64,000 nucleotides of DNA from NCBI GenBank assembly GCA_965208775.1, contig OZ242360.1:2589404-2653403 (forward strand). Reading direction: 5' to 3'. A program made the translations under genes and the position numbers. Source of the DNA: Chloroflexota bacterium (lineage in GTDB: Bacteria; Chloroflexota; UBA11872; VXNJ01). The stretch's first letter is position 1; every line of letters begins with the position of its first letter. Positions 40,273 through 53,485 of the stretch are shown here, in pieces. Below the pieces are notes generated by a model. It saw only the letters and a list, made by a program, of their open reading frames with translations, searched no databases and was not told the DNA's origin.

Positions 40273-41561
40273 TTGCGGGCTCCTTGGTTCTCGAATTGAT
40301 TCGCGTCGTTCTGCCGGTAAGCCGTGCCTCCCGTGAACGCCTCCCAGCGCTTGACCGCGACGTCCACGTACGAAGGCTCTCGCTCGATAGCGAAGCAGAC
40401 GCGGCCCGTGCGTTCGGCCGCGATGATCTGAGTGCCGGAGCCCGAGAACGGCTCATAGACGATGTCTCCCGGCTCGGTGTGGTACTCGATTGGGCGGATG
40501 AACAGCTCCACCGGTTTCTGGGTGGGATGGATGCCGAAGCTCTCGAAGCGCTGGTCCACGTTCCATATGGTGGAGACGTTGCTCGGCGGCTTTCGTTTCG
40601 GCATCTTGCCCTCCACCCAGCCCACAAAGCAGGGCTCGTGCTGCCAGAGGAAGAACGAGTGGGTCAGCACGCCCCGAGCCTTCATCCAGATGACCTGCTG
40701 GTGGACCAGGAGACCTGCTTTCTTCCAGGCTTCCTCCACGAGCGCCTGCCGGCGGTGGGCATGCCATTGATATACAGCGGAGTGCGAGACGAGATGGGCG
40801 AGACCGGCGGACAGAAACTTGAAGAAGAAGTCCACCGACGACTCCGGGTCGTGGTAGTCGTCCCAGTGCTTGTCGCGGTTCGCATCGCCCTTGTTCGACT
40901 TGCTGGCCGGATGCTGGCCCCCTGAGTAATCGACGAGATAGGGCGGATCGGTGGCCATGAGTGAGGCCCGCTTCTCTCCGAACAGGCTCCCCACGTCGGC
41001 CACGTCGGTCGAATCGCCGCACAGCAGCCTGTGATCGCCCAGGCACCAGACATCGCCGGGTTGCGTGACCGGGTCGGACTGCGCGTCTTTGAAGGCGGCA
41101 TCCGGATCGAAGTGCTCGATGCGCTCGCGCTTATCCTGGGCGTCGAGCGACTTGAGCAGCTTGGCCACCTCGTCATCGTCGAAGCCAGAGAGCGAGACGT
41201 CGATATCGGGAGTAGCGTCCAACTCCGACAACAGTCGAGCCAGCAACTCACTGTCCCACGACCCCGAGATCTTGTTGAGGGCCAGATTCAGCAACCGAGC
41301 CTGGTCGCCAGACAGATCCAGCAAGATCACCGGGACCGAGGCCAGTCCCAACCTGCGAGCGGCGACCAAGCGTTGGTGCCCGCCGATGACTTTTTTGTCC
41401 TCGCGACGCGCGATGACCGGATCGACGAAGCCGAACTGCCGCATGGAGCGCGTGAGCGAGTCCAGTTCGGCGTCCGAGACGCGTCTGGGGTTGGCGGGAT
41501 CGGGATGCAGGTCGTCGATCGGGAGGTGGACGACAGAGAGTCTCCTGTCAGCGAGTTTCAC
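40266..41561 (-). CDS. ParB-like nuclease domain fused to an N6A/N4C DNA methyltransferase
   Basis: N-terminal ParBc signature (LHPDPANPRR...GGHQRLVAARRLG), C-terminal MTase motif IV DPPY (LMATDPPYLVDYSG) and an AdoMet motif-I-like segment near the C-terminus (EPFSGSGT). Confidence 0.8.
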   Translation of the reverse strand: MKLADRRLSVVHLPIDDLHPDPANPRRVSDAELDSLTRSMRQFGFVDPVIARREDKKVIGGHQRLVAARRLGLASVPVILLDLSGDQARLLNLALNKISGSWDSELLARLLSELDATPDIDVSLSGFDDDEVAKLLKSLDAQDKRERIEHFDPDAAFKDAQSDPVTQPGDVWCLGDHRLLCGDSTDVADVGSLFGEKRASLMATDPPYLVDYSGGQHPASKSNKGDANRDKHWDDYHDPESSVDFFFKFLSAGLAHLVSHSAVYQWHAHRRQALVEEAWKKAGLLVHQQVIWMKARGVLTHSFFLWQHEPCFVGWVEGKMPKRKPPSNVSTIWNVDQRFESFGIHPTQKPVELFIRPIEYHTEPGDIVYEPFSGSGTQIIAAERTGRVCFAIEREPSYVDVAVKRWEAFTGGTAYRQNDANQFENQGARKC

Positions 41562-41732
41562 GGAAAATCTCCTTTACGGCTTGCGAGTAGCAGCGCCCAG
41601 GACGGGCTCGAACTCCGGGGTTTCGGGTCTGTGCATCGCCGGCCGCTGCTCTTGCAGCTGTCCGGCTCGCCACCGCGCTGATGACATCGTGCCTCGGGGA
41701 CCATGGACGCAGATCAACTCTCGGCCGCTCGG

Positions 41733-44700
41733 CTACAGAGACCACTGTGCCTCTCGCTCCTCGTCCTGCTTTCGCGCCGCATCGATTTGCTGGTCGAGTC
41801 TGCGGAGCATGGTTCTGGCCCAGCGGCGCACCTTCGGCCGTTTGTGTTGCAGCAATTCCTGCAGCGGCTGCTTGTAGCACGCGAAATAGGTTGTCTTCGA
41901 CCCTCTCCACCCGAAATTGTGGATGTTGGTGTCCACGCCTTGCAGCACATCGTCGCGGTCTCCGAACTCGTCGAGAAGTCTGACGATGATCGGATGCAGC
42001 GAGGGGTTCCCAGTTGCGTCTGCTCCAGGAGTCAGGACAGGCACGTGCTCCGCCACGAAAGCCGGCGCATGATCGGGGTTGCCGTGACACCAGCCGACGA
42101 GAGCAGACTCAGGGAGACTGAGCAGCGGCGCGTTCCTATCCGGCAGCGAGTACGAATGTCCGAGGATGAGGCCCAGATGCCAGGCTCGCCGGCGGTCAGA
42201 GACGATAGCCTGCCCTATGATCGGCCACGAGACCTCCGGAAGGTCCGAGAGTATCCGGGGAAGGACCGGCTGGAGAAGGACCTGGTGCTCGATTCCTTCG
42301 GCCTTCACCACGGCCTTGGCCAAGGCTATTGCAGCGGCCCATGCATCGGTATCCTGCTTGCCTTTGCGGAGCAGCCAGCCGACGACAAGCCGGAAAGAGT
42401 CCTTGCATTCACCGTGGGTTCCGGGAACCTTCCACCTGGAGGAATGCTCCGCCAGCATAAGGACCTGAGGCCGTAAGTCTTCGAGCCTGTCGCGATCGTG
42501 ATGGCTGAACCTCTCCATCAGGTGCGCTGCTACAGCAAACCCTTCTGGGCTGTGGACGAGCAAAGTGTCGAACAACGCTGCGAGGTGCTGCGGGGGAACA
42601 TCAGCCAGCTTCTGACCGAATGACCAGGCATTCAATAGAGAAGGATTCAACAGGCCGTCTTCAAGTGAGCCGATTACCAGTTGAATGTCGTCTGGAGTGA
42701 TACCGAGCCGCCAGCAAAGCCAGGGAAGCGCGGGTGCAAGCTCAGTCGAGCGAGCAGCCTTCCGCTTGAATGCATCCACCTTTTCGAAATTGTCGTGTGC
42801 CAGACCGACGGCGAAGCCCGTTAGCAGATCGTGGTTGCGTTCCTCCACGGGCGCTGCTTCGACGGCCTTAACGATTGGTTCGAGCCACTCGAGCGGCGAC
42901 TGAGCCAATTCGGCGATCGCCGTTCCAAATGCCTGGGACATCGCGTGCCGGCCGCGGCTGAGTTGGGGCAAGTGCTGTATGAGCACCTTTGGCCGCTTTG
43001 CTAACCACTCGGCCAAGCGGCGCACCTCTTGAACTCGAAGTTCGAAACGCGAGTCGGAATCCAATTCGCTACCTCCAGGGCCGTCCCACGAGACCTCGGT
43101 CACGAGAGAGCGTATGCGTGCCTCCGGACTCTTCGGCTGCAATACCGCGGCCAGCTGCTTTATCCGCGCGGAGATCTCAGGATCGAGGTCCTCCGCGTAG
43201 ACGTCGTTCAGCCTCCATAGGCATTTCAATGCCTCGGGCCAGTAATCCACAGCGTTCCCCACCTGGCGCACGACCTTTGCGACCGCGTCGATAAAGCCCG
43301 CTTGGACCAGGCGAAACAGCTCGTCGCCGAGCAGCGAGCGCGCCCCGAGGCTAGGCTCATCATCCTTCAGGGCGAGTCGGGCCAGGCGCAGCGCACACTC
43401 CTCGACGTATCTGTGCACGTCGCCTCCAGTAGCGGGCTGCCAAGGCGTCAACGCCGGGCGAGGACCCTGTGCCTCGGGCCTCCCCATTTGCCAGAGGTAG
43501 CTAGTCTGAAGGCCGGTTGCCAGAGCCTGGGCAACAATCTCGCGCTCAATCGGGTTGTTGAAGTCCGGAACCTCATCTAGGAATAGCAGCCGCTCGTTGC
43601 CATCCGCCTCGGTTCCACCCAGGTGTATCGAGAAGAGTCTGCAGAACGTTTTGGCGGCCTGCTTGAGTCGTCCGAACTCGCGGCTTACGGTGCTCCGCGA
43701 CTGCAGCTCATCCGCGGTAGCCAGACGGAGCAGATGACGCGCCCCGTCGTGGAAATGTGTCCGATGGGAGGCGATCTTCTCCAATGCCCATACGAGTTGG
43801 CGCCGTACGTCGTCCGTAAGAGTCGACAGGTCTTCGACCTGCGCGATTGAGTCGTTGATCCGTGACAGGACGACAGCCGGGTGGATCTCGGCCAGGGACG
43901 ACAGCACCCTCGCGTGGCCGTCCTGCGAAATGCCGTCGATGCCGTCGAATGGCCCTTCCTGGCGACAGACCTGCGCTGTCACCTCTTGGGCGATGTCGGT
44001 GCCGTCAAGACGTGCGAGTTGCTCGGCAGCCGAGAGCTTCAGGGGGGTGCTGGCGTCGCCGGAGAGCACGCGGTCCCACGTGTCCGGGGACCACTCTCGC
44101 CACTGGCGCTCCGCCAGTTTCATGGCAATGGGGAGAGGCTTGAGGGTGACGAGGTCTCCGTGCCGCTGTGCCACACCGCCGTCGACAACCTGCATGACCG
44201 CGGCATGAAAATCCCGGTAGGCCAATGCACCGTCCAACTTGGCGATCTCGCACAGTTGACCGTCCCTCCGAGGCTCGATCCTCACCAGGCCGAAGACAGC
44301 CAGCAGAGCTGCGGACTTCGTCATCGAACCTCGATCCCGACATGTGCGTCCGGCAACGTAGGCGTCGACCAGCTGATCGCTCGTAGCGTCGACGACAGAT
44401 ATCGATGCATTCCAGGCCTGTGCAAGCCGTACCGCCATTTCCGGGAAGCCAGCGGACAGGTGAGTAAGCCGAATCCGGTCACCGTCCGGTAGGCTCGGCA
44501 CCAGTGCGCGAAGGATGCCCTCGGTGACCGACGGATCCGCCTCCCCGATCTTGTGAGCATTGCCGCCGAGCGCTCCGGTGGGAACCTCGTTGTCGATAGT
44601 CACCATCGACAGACGGCTCCGCCGGTGAAGTGCGATTCTGGCGAGGACTTGATGCGTCTCAGGATCGCAGTCGTCAATGACGACCACGGCACGGGTGCCG

Positions 44701-45755
44701 GCGTCCGCCAGGATCTGGACGACCCTGCTTATGTACCGGGAGCCGGCTTCCGACCGAACCGTGTACATCACGCTGTGGTGGAGATCCAGACCTCCGTCAG
44801 GCCCCAGGGCCTCAAGCGTGAGGCGCGACTTACCCACGCCGTAGAGGCCGACGATCCGGATGACGGTACGCGGCTCCGTAACGTGCTCGCGCAGGTGATT
44901 GCATAAGGCCCCCAAGCGTTCATCCTGCACCCAGGGCGAAGCGTAGTGCTCGGAGCGCTCGGCCCAGTGGCTCCAAGTCCGAAACGGCCCCATGGTTCCG
45001 GGTTGGGTCCGTTCCTTCAGCCATGTTGCGACAGCGGGGTGATGGTTCACCCAGCCGGCGATCTGATCCGCGTCTCGAAAGGCGACTTGGTCTCTATCGA
45101 GGACCAGACCCGCCGATGCAAGTGCCTTACGAATCCTGGATTCTCGCTTTTCGATTTGGTTCTGTGTGTAGGGCTGCGCGCAGATCAGTATGTAGCTGCC
45201 ACCCGCGGCGAGGGCCGTCCTCACCCAATCCTTCACGGCACCGTCGCTGTTAAGGACCGCCCTAGCCGCAGCGGCCGGCGATATGTTTCCGGATTTCAAC
45301 TGGAACAGATTGGGCCCAGAGGGAAGGAACTGTGTCGAATCCGGACCTGCATTCCACTCGATGCGTCCGTCCTCTCGTCCGTCAGGTGCCTGAAAATTGC
45401 TGGCGACCTGTCGTCGATCGAGGGGGAGGCCGTGTTCCCACTCTTCAGCATGGAGCAAGAGCCTCAACAATTCTGGAAGGAGTGTTTCTGCAAGAGCCGA
45501 GACATTGGCGCCGGTCACATCGAACGGCGAGGCTGCTCCGAATAGTCTGGGGTGAGACGCCCGTCCTCGCAGACTGGCCAGTGCCGTTGGATTGGCTTCC
45601 AAGAGCTTCAGCAGATGGAACACGGAAGCGTTTGGCGTGACGGTTCCGGCCTCGTACTTGGTAAATGCACGCGGTCCGCCGCCAATCAGTTCACCCGCCT
45701 CGACCTGCGACAGGCCGAGCCGTTGTCGAACACTGCGAATTTCTTCAGGAGTCAT
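41733..45755 (-). CDS. 1340-aa protein: N-terminal XRE-type HTH + STAND/NB-ARC-like P-loop NTPase + long helical C-terminal region
   Basis: HTH_XRE (RQRLGLSQVEAGELIGGGPRAFTKYEAG). Walker A IVGLYGVGKSRLTLEAL ~350 aa in, Walker B VVVIDDCD, followed by ~850 aa predicted helical repeats. Confidence 0.7.
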   Translation of the reverse strand: MTPEEIRSVRQRLGLSQVEAGELIGGGPRAFTKYEAGTVTPNASVFHLLKLLEANPTALASLRGRASHPRLFGAASPFDVTGANVSALAETLLPELLRLLLHAEEWEHGLPLDRRQVASNFQAPDGREDGRIEWNAGPDSTQFLPSGPNLFQLKSGNISPAAAARAVLNSDGAVKDWVRTALAAGGSYILICAQPYTQNQIEKRESRIRKALASAGLVLDRDQVAFRDADQIAGWVNHHPAVATWLKERTQPGTMGPFRTWSHWAERSEHYASPWVQDERLGALCNHLREHVTEPRTVIRIVGLYGVGKSRLTLEALGPDGGLDLHHSVMYTVRSEAGSRYISRVVQILADAGTRAVVVIDDCDPETHQVLARIALHRRSRLSMVTIDNEVPTGALGGNAHKIGEADPSVTEGILRALVPSLPDGDRIRLTHLSAGFPEMAVRLAQAWNASISVVDATSDQLVDAYVAGRTCRDRGSMTKSAALLAVFGLVRIEPRRDGQLCEIAKLDGALAYRDFHAAVMQVVDGGVAQRHGDLVTLKPLPIAMKLAERQWREWSPDTWDRVLSGDASTPLKLSAAEQLARLDGTDIAQEVTAQVCRQEGPFDGIDGISQDGHARVLSSLAEIHPAVVLSRINDSIAQVEDLSTLTDDVRRQLVWALEKIASHRTHFHDGARHLLRLATADELQSRSTVSREFGRLKQAAKTFCRLFSIHLGGTEADGNERLLFLDEVPDFNNPIEREIVAQALATGLQTSYLWQMGRPEAQGPRPALTPWQPATGGDVHRYVEECALRLARLALKDDEPSLGARSLLGDELFRLVQAGFIDAVAKVVRQVGNAVDYWPEALKCLWRLNDVYAEDLDPEISARIKQLAAVLQPKSPEARIRSLVTEVSWDGPGGSELDSDSRFELRVQEVRRLAEWLAKRPKVLIQHLPQLSRGRHAMSQAFGTAIAELAQSPLEWLEPIVKAVEAAPVEERNHDLLTGFAVGLAHDNFEKVDAFKRKAARSTELAPALPWLCWRLGITPDDIQLVIGSLEDGLLNPSLLNAWSFGQKLADVPPQHLAALFDTLLVHSPEGFAVAAHLMERFSHHDRDRLEDLRPQVLMLAEHSSRWKVPGTHGECKDSFRLVVGWLLRKGKQDTDAWAAAIALAKAVVKAEGIEHQVLLQPVLPRILSDLPEVSWPIIGQAIVSDRRRAWHLGLILGHSYSLPDRNAPLLSLPESALVGWCHGNPDHAPAFVAEHVPVLTPGADATGNPSLHPIIVRLLDEFGDRDDVLQGVDTNIHNFGWRGSKTTYFACYKQPLQELLQHKRPKVRRWARTMLRRLDQQIDAARKQDEEREAQWSL

Positions 45756-46675
45756 GAGAAACTTTCCTCAGGATTGCTGTGACCTCAAGTGAATTATACT
45801 GAATTATATCCCATTGAAGGCGGTTTGATAGCTAGTGGAAAAAATACACCATTAAGATCGGACTGGAAGCTAAACTTGGAACGGACAGCCGTTCGCGCCG
45901 CCTGGCTCTGATCGAGTCAGCGTTTCGGCCTAGGGCGACCTGCTCGGTTTCGGGCGTGCAGTCAGTAGTCGGACAGCGATGGAACGTGTCTGCAGAACTG
46001 ATCAAATAGGAGAGTTAGAGAATGGCGACATGGTACGGATGGCAACGGGGCGTGCAGCGCGCAGTCTTGGTCAGCAGACGCGATCGGGTTTCTGATGGAA
46101 GTATTGAGGGCCGATACCGGCTAACAGCCGTCGAGCTTACTTAAGGTGAGTGTTCGGGTACTAGCAACCGTTACCAAACGTTACCTTTGGTAGCAAAAAA
46201 AGATCTCCTATGGGATTTCTGACAGGGAAAAAAGATTTTCGGGCGGATTTGACGCGATTCGGCCATCGGGGAGGCGCACGAGGACGACAGGATCGTATGT
46301 CGAGCCCCAAGGTCACCAGCTCCACGATCCCCGCGAACATGCGGTTTGTAGCGCGTCTCATCGAAACTGGCCGCAACCCGATCCATGTTCAATCAATCTC
46401 TCTAACTCACCGTGTGGCGCGACGGGTGCGAACCGTGCGGTGATGAGGGCGTCGTCGCCGGGACCGAAAAACTCGACGGCAAGCGGCGGCGCTTATATAT
46501 AGAAAGTAATCATCAGTAGAAGCGCTCTCTGAAAGGTGTCGTCGGAAGCCCGGAGCGGGTCTTGGGAGCTGACCTGCTGGGCTCGATCCGCCAAGGACCT
46601 AGTTTGGAAACTGGAGCTAGGAGTGGGGCGCCCGGAGTTGAAGTTCGAGACGGTCCGGGGCGCGAGAATTAGGCG

Positions 46676-48283
46676 TCAGACGGCGAAGATTCTCTGGAGT
46701 GTGTAGCAGAAGCTGGCAGCGATGCGGGTGGCAGTCGCCTCAGCACTAGGGAACCTGTAATCGATGACGACCTCGACCCGCTTGGGCCCGTTATCGGGCT
46801 TGGTCGTGTGGACCGTGATGCGGCGCACCAGCAGCTTAACGATCTCGTGTCGTTCCTCGTCCGAGAGGTCCTGAGCGAGGCGTTCACGCAGCTCCGCCAG
46901 CACCTCCTCCGAGAGAGCAACGTCAGGAGAGTCCCGTTCGGCATCCAGATCGGCCAGCCGCGCATCCAGCGAGTTGAGTTCCTCATCCACCTCGGCGGCG
47001 ATGGAGTCGAACTCGGGCTGGGAGATCATGGCGCGGACGTAGAGGTCGATGGCGCGCTTGCGGCGGTCCTGGACTGCCGAGCGGGCTTCCAGGAGCGAGT
47101 CACGTTCAGGCTGAGCGACAGAGCAGTCCTCCAACTTCCCGTTCTCGACCGCAAGCTCGTCGACGAGAGGCTGGGGATCGGTGAGGAAGCGGCAGACATC
47201 CGACCAGACGACGGCCTCCAACCTGTCGCCCTTGATGGAAGCGCCGATGCACTTACCCGGGAAGGGGCCGCGTTCGACCATGGCGCCGTTGCAGCGATAG
47301 CGCGGCTTGGACCTGGCCCAGGTACCGCAGAAGGACAGGCCGCATACGGCGCAGCGGATGAGGGAGCGGAGGAGGTAGAAGCGGCGGGAAGAGGTCGCCG
47401 AGATGCGGTTGCGCTTGAGAGCGGCGATCGCGGCGTCCCAGGTTTCCTCAGAGACCAGGGCGGGCACAGAGGCCGAGATCACCTCCCTGCCATTGGGACG
47501 AGTCGATCGACGTCCGAACTGGAGGACGCCCTTGTAGACCGTGTTGTGGACGAGGTTGCGGATGTGGCCCGACCGCCAGAGGCCCTGTGTGCGCTTACCG
47601 CGAACGCCACGGCCAGCGCGGCGATACGAAGTGGGGATGCCCAGCGAGTTGAACTCGTCCGCGATCCGCCTGCAGCTCCAGCCGTCCGACGCGAGGTGGT
47701 CATAGATCCGTCTAATCACGTCAGCCGCAGACAAGTCCCCCCACATGATGGAGTCGTCCGGCACGAGATACTTGGCGCCCCTATCGCCCGAGACCCGGTA
47801 GCCAAGCGGGACGATCCCACCCGTATAGCGCCCCTCACGCGCCGCCCGGTTCATACCTTCTGCTGAGCGTTCGAGGAACTTACGCCGCTCATTGGCGGCG
47901 ATGACAGCATGGATATCGAAGTAGAACGGGTCGTCGATATTCTCGTCCGTAGCACGTAAAGAGACGCCGATCGACTCGAACACCCTCCAGATGCGGAGGA
48001 GTTCGAAGGCGTCGCGCCCCAGGCGATCCGAGCGGACCACCCAAAGCTGGGAGAAGCGGCCCGCGCCGGCATCACGTACCAGAGCGGCGCCCATAGGTCG
48101 CTGTTCCAGGGGGATCGTCCCCGACACCCCATCGTCCTCGTAATTGCGGAACACGACGACACCAGACTCAGAAGCCAGGCGGCGAGACAGCGCCGCGCGC
48201 TGGTTGAGGACCGTATGGCGGTCGCGCTGTTCGTCAGACGAGACGCGGGCATAGGTAGCGATGCGGACCATTGGACTGGTCAT
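46676..48283 (-). mobile_element. Large serine recombinase (resolvase-domain + recombinase + zinc-ribbon type)
   Basis: IATYARVSSDEQ catalytic Ser motif, GRYTGGIVPLGYR recombinase domain, C-terminal CxxC...C and a coiled-coil. Confidence 0.85.
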
Positions 48284-48514
48284 ATGACCTCCCTAGGTAA
48301 GGGGTAAAGGAGCGGTACCTATGAACGCTCTGGAGGCCGAATAGATCAAGGCGGACCGGCGTCCCGCGGGAGTGATGCCATAGCAACGACGCCGATCCGT
48401 CCGAAGGGCGGGGCACCCCCCTGGATGCGCGCAGACGTGGAAGAAGGCTGCGCAGCCACCCCGCCGGAACAGATTCTAGACTTGCGAGACCAGGACTCGA
48501 AGAGGCGGGACCTG

Positions 48515-49522
48515 CTAGCTCAAGCCGAGGACGGTGGCGACACCCTGCCAAGCGACGTCGCGCTGCCCCTCCAGCCTGCGGAGATAGGTGGTGGTGACCG
48601 CCAGCGAGCTGTGGTCGAGGAACTGGCTGACCGACTCCACCGACTCGCCCACGTCCCGGCGCAGCTTGGCGGCGGTGTGGCGGAGGACGTGAAGGCCCGA
48701 GGGAGGCAGACCGGCCAGACGGAGGTAGGTACGGAATCGGTTGTAGAAGGTAGAGGCCGTTACTCCCGAAGGACCAGCAGCCGCCTGCCAGAGCGACTCG
48801 CTGGGCTGCATCGACGAAAGGTCCTTGCCGACATCACTAAGCGAGCGCTGAATGGCGACCAGGGCTGGAGTGGGTAGTTCACGCCTGCCCCGCACGCCGC
48901 CCTTACCGATGTAGCGATAGAAGACAGCCGAGTCATCGAAGGAGACATCGCCGACCTTGAGGTTAATCACCTCCGACCTGCGTCTGGCCGTAAGAATGAG
49001 AGTGATGACGATCGCGCGGTCCCGCCTGCCCTTCACGGTGTCCGGTATGGCCCCAAGGAGCAACTGCACCTGGGAAGCGGTTAAGCCTCTAGGGGCGCTG
49101 GGTTGAATCTTGGGGCGTTCGACGGGATCGCAGGGATTGGATTTGAGGACATCCAGCCTGATGAGGAACTTGTAGAACGAAGAGATACAGCAGATACGAC
49201 CACTGACGGTAGAGGGAGACGGCTCACGACCAGACAGGCCTATGCCATGGGCGAAGGAAAAGACATCCTGAGCAGACACCTGATCCGGCGACTTCTGGGT
49301 AGAGCCGAAGAAATGGCGGAGAATGCGGTAGTAAGAGTCAGGGGTTCGCAGAGAACCGGAGCGGCGTTGCTTCTCGGCCAGGAAGGCATAGAGCGAGGCA
49401 TCCCAGCCCGACGCAGAGCCGGAGAAGACAGTGGGGAGAGTGGTTGGACCGGCGGTCATGGTGGTCTCCTTGAAGATGGAGAAGTTCCGCATGACGATTG
49501 CTCTGGTTGGCAGAATGATCAA
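48515..49522 (-). mobile_element. Tyrosine recombinase / phage-type integrase (XerC/D-like)
   Basis: Box I/II: RRSEV, LRHTAAKLRR, DHSSLAVTTTYL (catalytic R..HxxR..Y). Divergent from hsdM. Confidence 0.85.
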
Positions 49523-49626
49523 GCACTATGTGTGAATAGGAATGAGCCGTTGCAGACGCTCGGAGCACAGCCAAGACGCCGTCAATCACTCAGTGACTCA
49601 CGGAGCGACACTGTTATAATGCAGAT

Positions 49627-51467
<1,841 letters not shown>

Positions 51468-51471
<4 letters not shown>

Positions 51472-52805
51472 ACAGTGCATGGACATGGCGTCCCCTTGGA
51501 GAGTTGTTCGAGATCGGCGCGGGCAAGACGATGTCCGCCGCCGCGCGTCGGGGCCCCGACAAGACGCCTTTTCTTCGAACGTCGAACGTCCTCTGGGACG
51601 AGATTGACCTGTCGACCGTCGATGAGATGTCCATCCCGGAGCGCGAGTTGCCCGCCAAGCTGTTAACGCGAGGCGACCTGCTCGTCTGCGAGGGCGGCGA
51701 GATAGGACGTGCGGCAATCTGGGATGGTCAGATCGAACCGATGTCGTTCCAGAACCACCTGCATCGGCTGCGGCCAATCGATTCGAACGTCGAGCCGCGC
51801 TTTTACGTGTTCTTCCTGCAATCGGGTTTCACGCAGCTAGGCATCTTCGAAGGCGCAGGCAACAGAACGACGATCCCCAACCTGTCCCGTAGCCGCTTGG
51901 CGGGGCTGGACGTGCCTCAGCCCCCGTTAGCTGAGCAACAGGCAATCAGCGCGGCGCTCAATACGGTGCGCGACGCACTCAAAGTACAGGACCGGAGTAT
52001 CGAGATCTCACAAGACTTGAAACGCACCGCCATGCAGGCCCTCTTCGCCCGCGGCCTGCGCGGCGAACCTCAAAAGCACACCGACATCGGCCCCATCCCG
52101 GAGAGTTGGGAAGAGGCAACGCTAGGAGAATTGTGTGACATCACTAGTGGGGGGACTCCTCGGAAATCAGTCGCCGGGTTTTGGGGGGGAGTCATCCCTT
52201 GGGTCTCCGGCAAGGACCTGAAATGGCCTGTACTACATGATGCAATTGACCACGTTACGGATGAAGGAGTCCGAGCAGGTAGTCGATTGGCCTCCAAAGG
52301 ATCTGTCTTGTTGCTGGTTCGAGGAATGGGGCTGGCGAAGGACCTTCCAGTCGCCGTGATTAGTCGGCCAATGGCATTCAATCAGGATATAAAGGCACTC
52401 CTCCCTCGCGGCGAATGTCCGGGAAGCTTCTTGAGATCGGCGATCTACGCCGGTAAACAGCGGATGCTAAATCAGGTCGTGACGTCCGCACATGGGACGA
52501 TGACATTGAACCTCCATGATGTGCGGAACTTCAGAATCGCATGTCCGTCCGACCCGACCGAGTCCAACGAGATCGTTGCGATCCTCGACACGATCGACCG
52601 CAAGATAGACCTCCACCGCCGCAAGCGCGCCACCCTCGACGACCTCTTCAAATCCCTCCTCCACAGGTTTATGACGGGTGAGCTCAGTGTGATCGAACTG
52701 GATTTGACCGCGATTCCCACTCTAGGTCCAAAGGACGGAGGCGGAATCACTGAACCAATCATTGAAAAAGGAGAATTTGATGACATCCACCGGTATTCCC
52801 ATTGA
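51468..52805 (+). CDS. hsdS: Type I R-M specificity subunit HsdS (two TRDs)
   Basis: Starts in an ATGA overlap with hsdM. Central and distal conserved helices ([18 protein letters not shown]... and [22 protein letters not shown]). Confidence 0.85.
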
Positions 52806-53337
52806 GAGATTTCTCTTCGGGAATGAACATTGGAGATCCAACCGCGCCATAGACGAGATATGCGTTTACAGCGACTTGCTAGAAGAACTGCAAGACACGA
52901 TAGATGCTTTGGAAGTGCGCGGCAAAGATGAAGAGACTGCATTGGTCAACGCACAGGCAGTCATAAGTAGCTATGCGGTTGAAATCGCTATGAAATCCCT
53001 CTGGGCATTGGACAACTCTCCTGCAACCGTACCCCGTGGACGTCAGGGACATAACCTGCTCAGGATGTTCGACCGTCTGAAGCAAGAGACAGTGGAATCG
53101 CTTGGGCGACTTCAGCTGACCAGGACAGTCCTCGAAGAATGCCCTTCACCTTTCCCTAGTAACAGATACTCGATGGAATGCGGCAGTAGAGACATCGTGG
53201 TCTACGATGCGGGGTTCCTTAGGCAGCTTGCACAGGTGCTTAGAGAGAAGCTGGATCAAACGAGGACGCAATCACTCTCCCCCACCGCAAACGCGCCATC
53301 CTCGACGAACTCTTCAAGCCCCTCCTCCACAAGCTAA
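52762..53337 (+). CDS. Small helical protein inserted after hsdS; possible HEPN-like (RGRQGH, Rx4H) protein
   Basis: 191-aa ORF whose last ~25 codons (..APSSTNSSSPSSTS) are an off-frame reading of a duplicated hsdS 3' tail, so the real C-terminus is uncertain. The Rx4H motif alone is weak evidence. Confidence 0.35.
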   Translation: MKKENLMTSTGIPIERFLFGNEHWRSNRAIDEICVYSDLLEELQDTIDALEVRGKDEETALVNAQAVISSYAVEIAMKSLWALDNSPATVPRGRQGHNLLRMFDRLKQETVESLGRLQLTRTVLEECPSPFPSNRYSMECGSRDIVVYDAGFLRQLAQVLREKLDQTRTQSLSPTANAPSSTNSSSPSSTS

Positions 53338-53415
53338 TGACCGGCGAAATCCGCGTTGATGATCTCGACTTGCACGTGATCAAGCAACCGCTTCACCTCG
53401 ATGGAGAGATCCCTT
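53242..53415 (+). repeat. Second copy of the hsdS 3' conserved tail (gene-fragment remnant; frame-0 segment ...HRKRAILDELFKPLLHKLMTGEIRVDDLDL...)
   Basis: Direct nucleotide repeat of 52604-52690 (caccgcaaacgcgccatcctcgacgaactcttcaagcccctcctccacaagctaatgaccgg). Preceded by stops in frame and has no start codon. Confidence 0.7.
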
Positions 53416-53485
53416 GAGTGTGAAAGCCACCGCCCATTTGCCCACCTCCGCCGAAGCCAAATGCCAATGAAGATAAGGAGAACAG

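Noticed and set aside
46161-46443. Overlapping small ORFs on both strands in the AT-rich junction upstream of the serine recombinase (possible excisionase/RDF)
   Set aside because: Mutually overlapping with no helix-turn-helix recognisable in any of them. Kept only as part of the junction-region finding.
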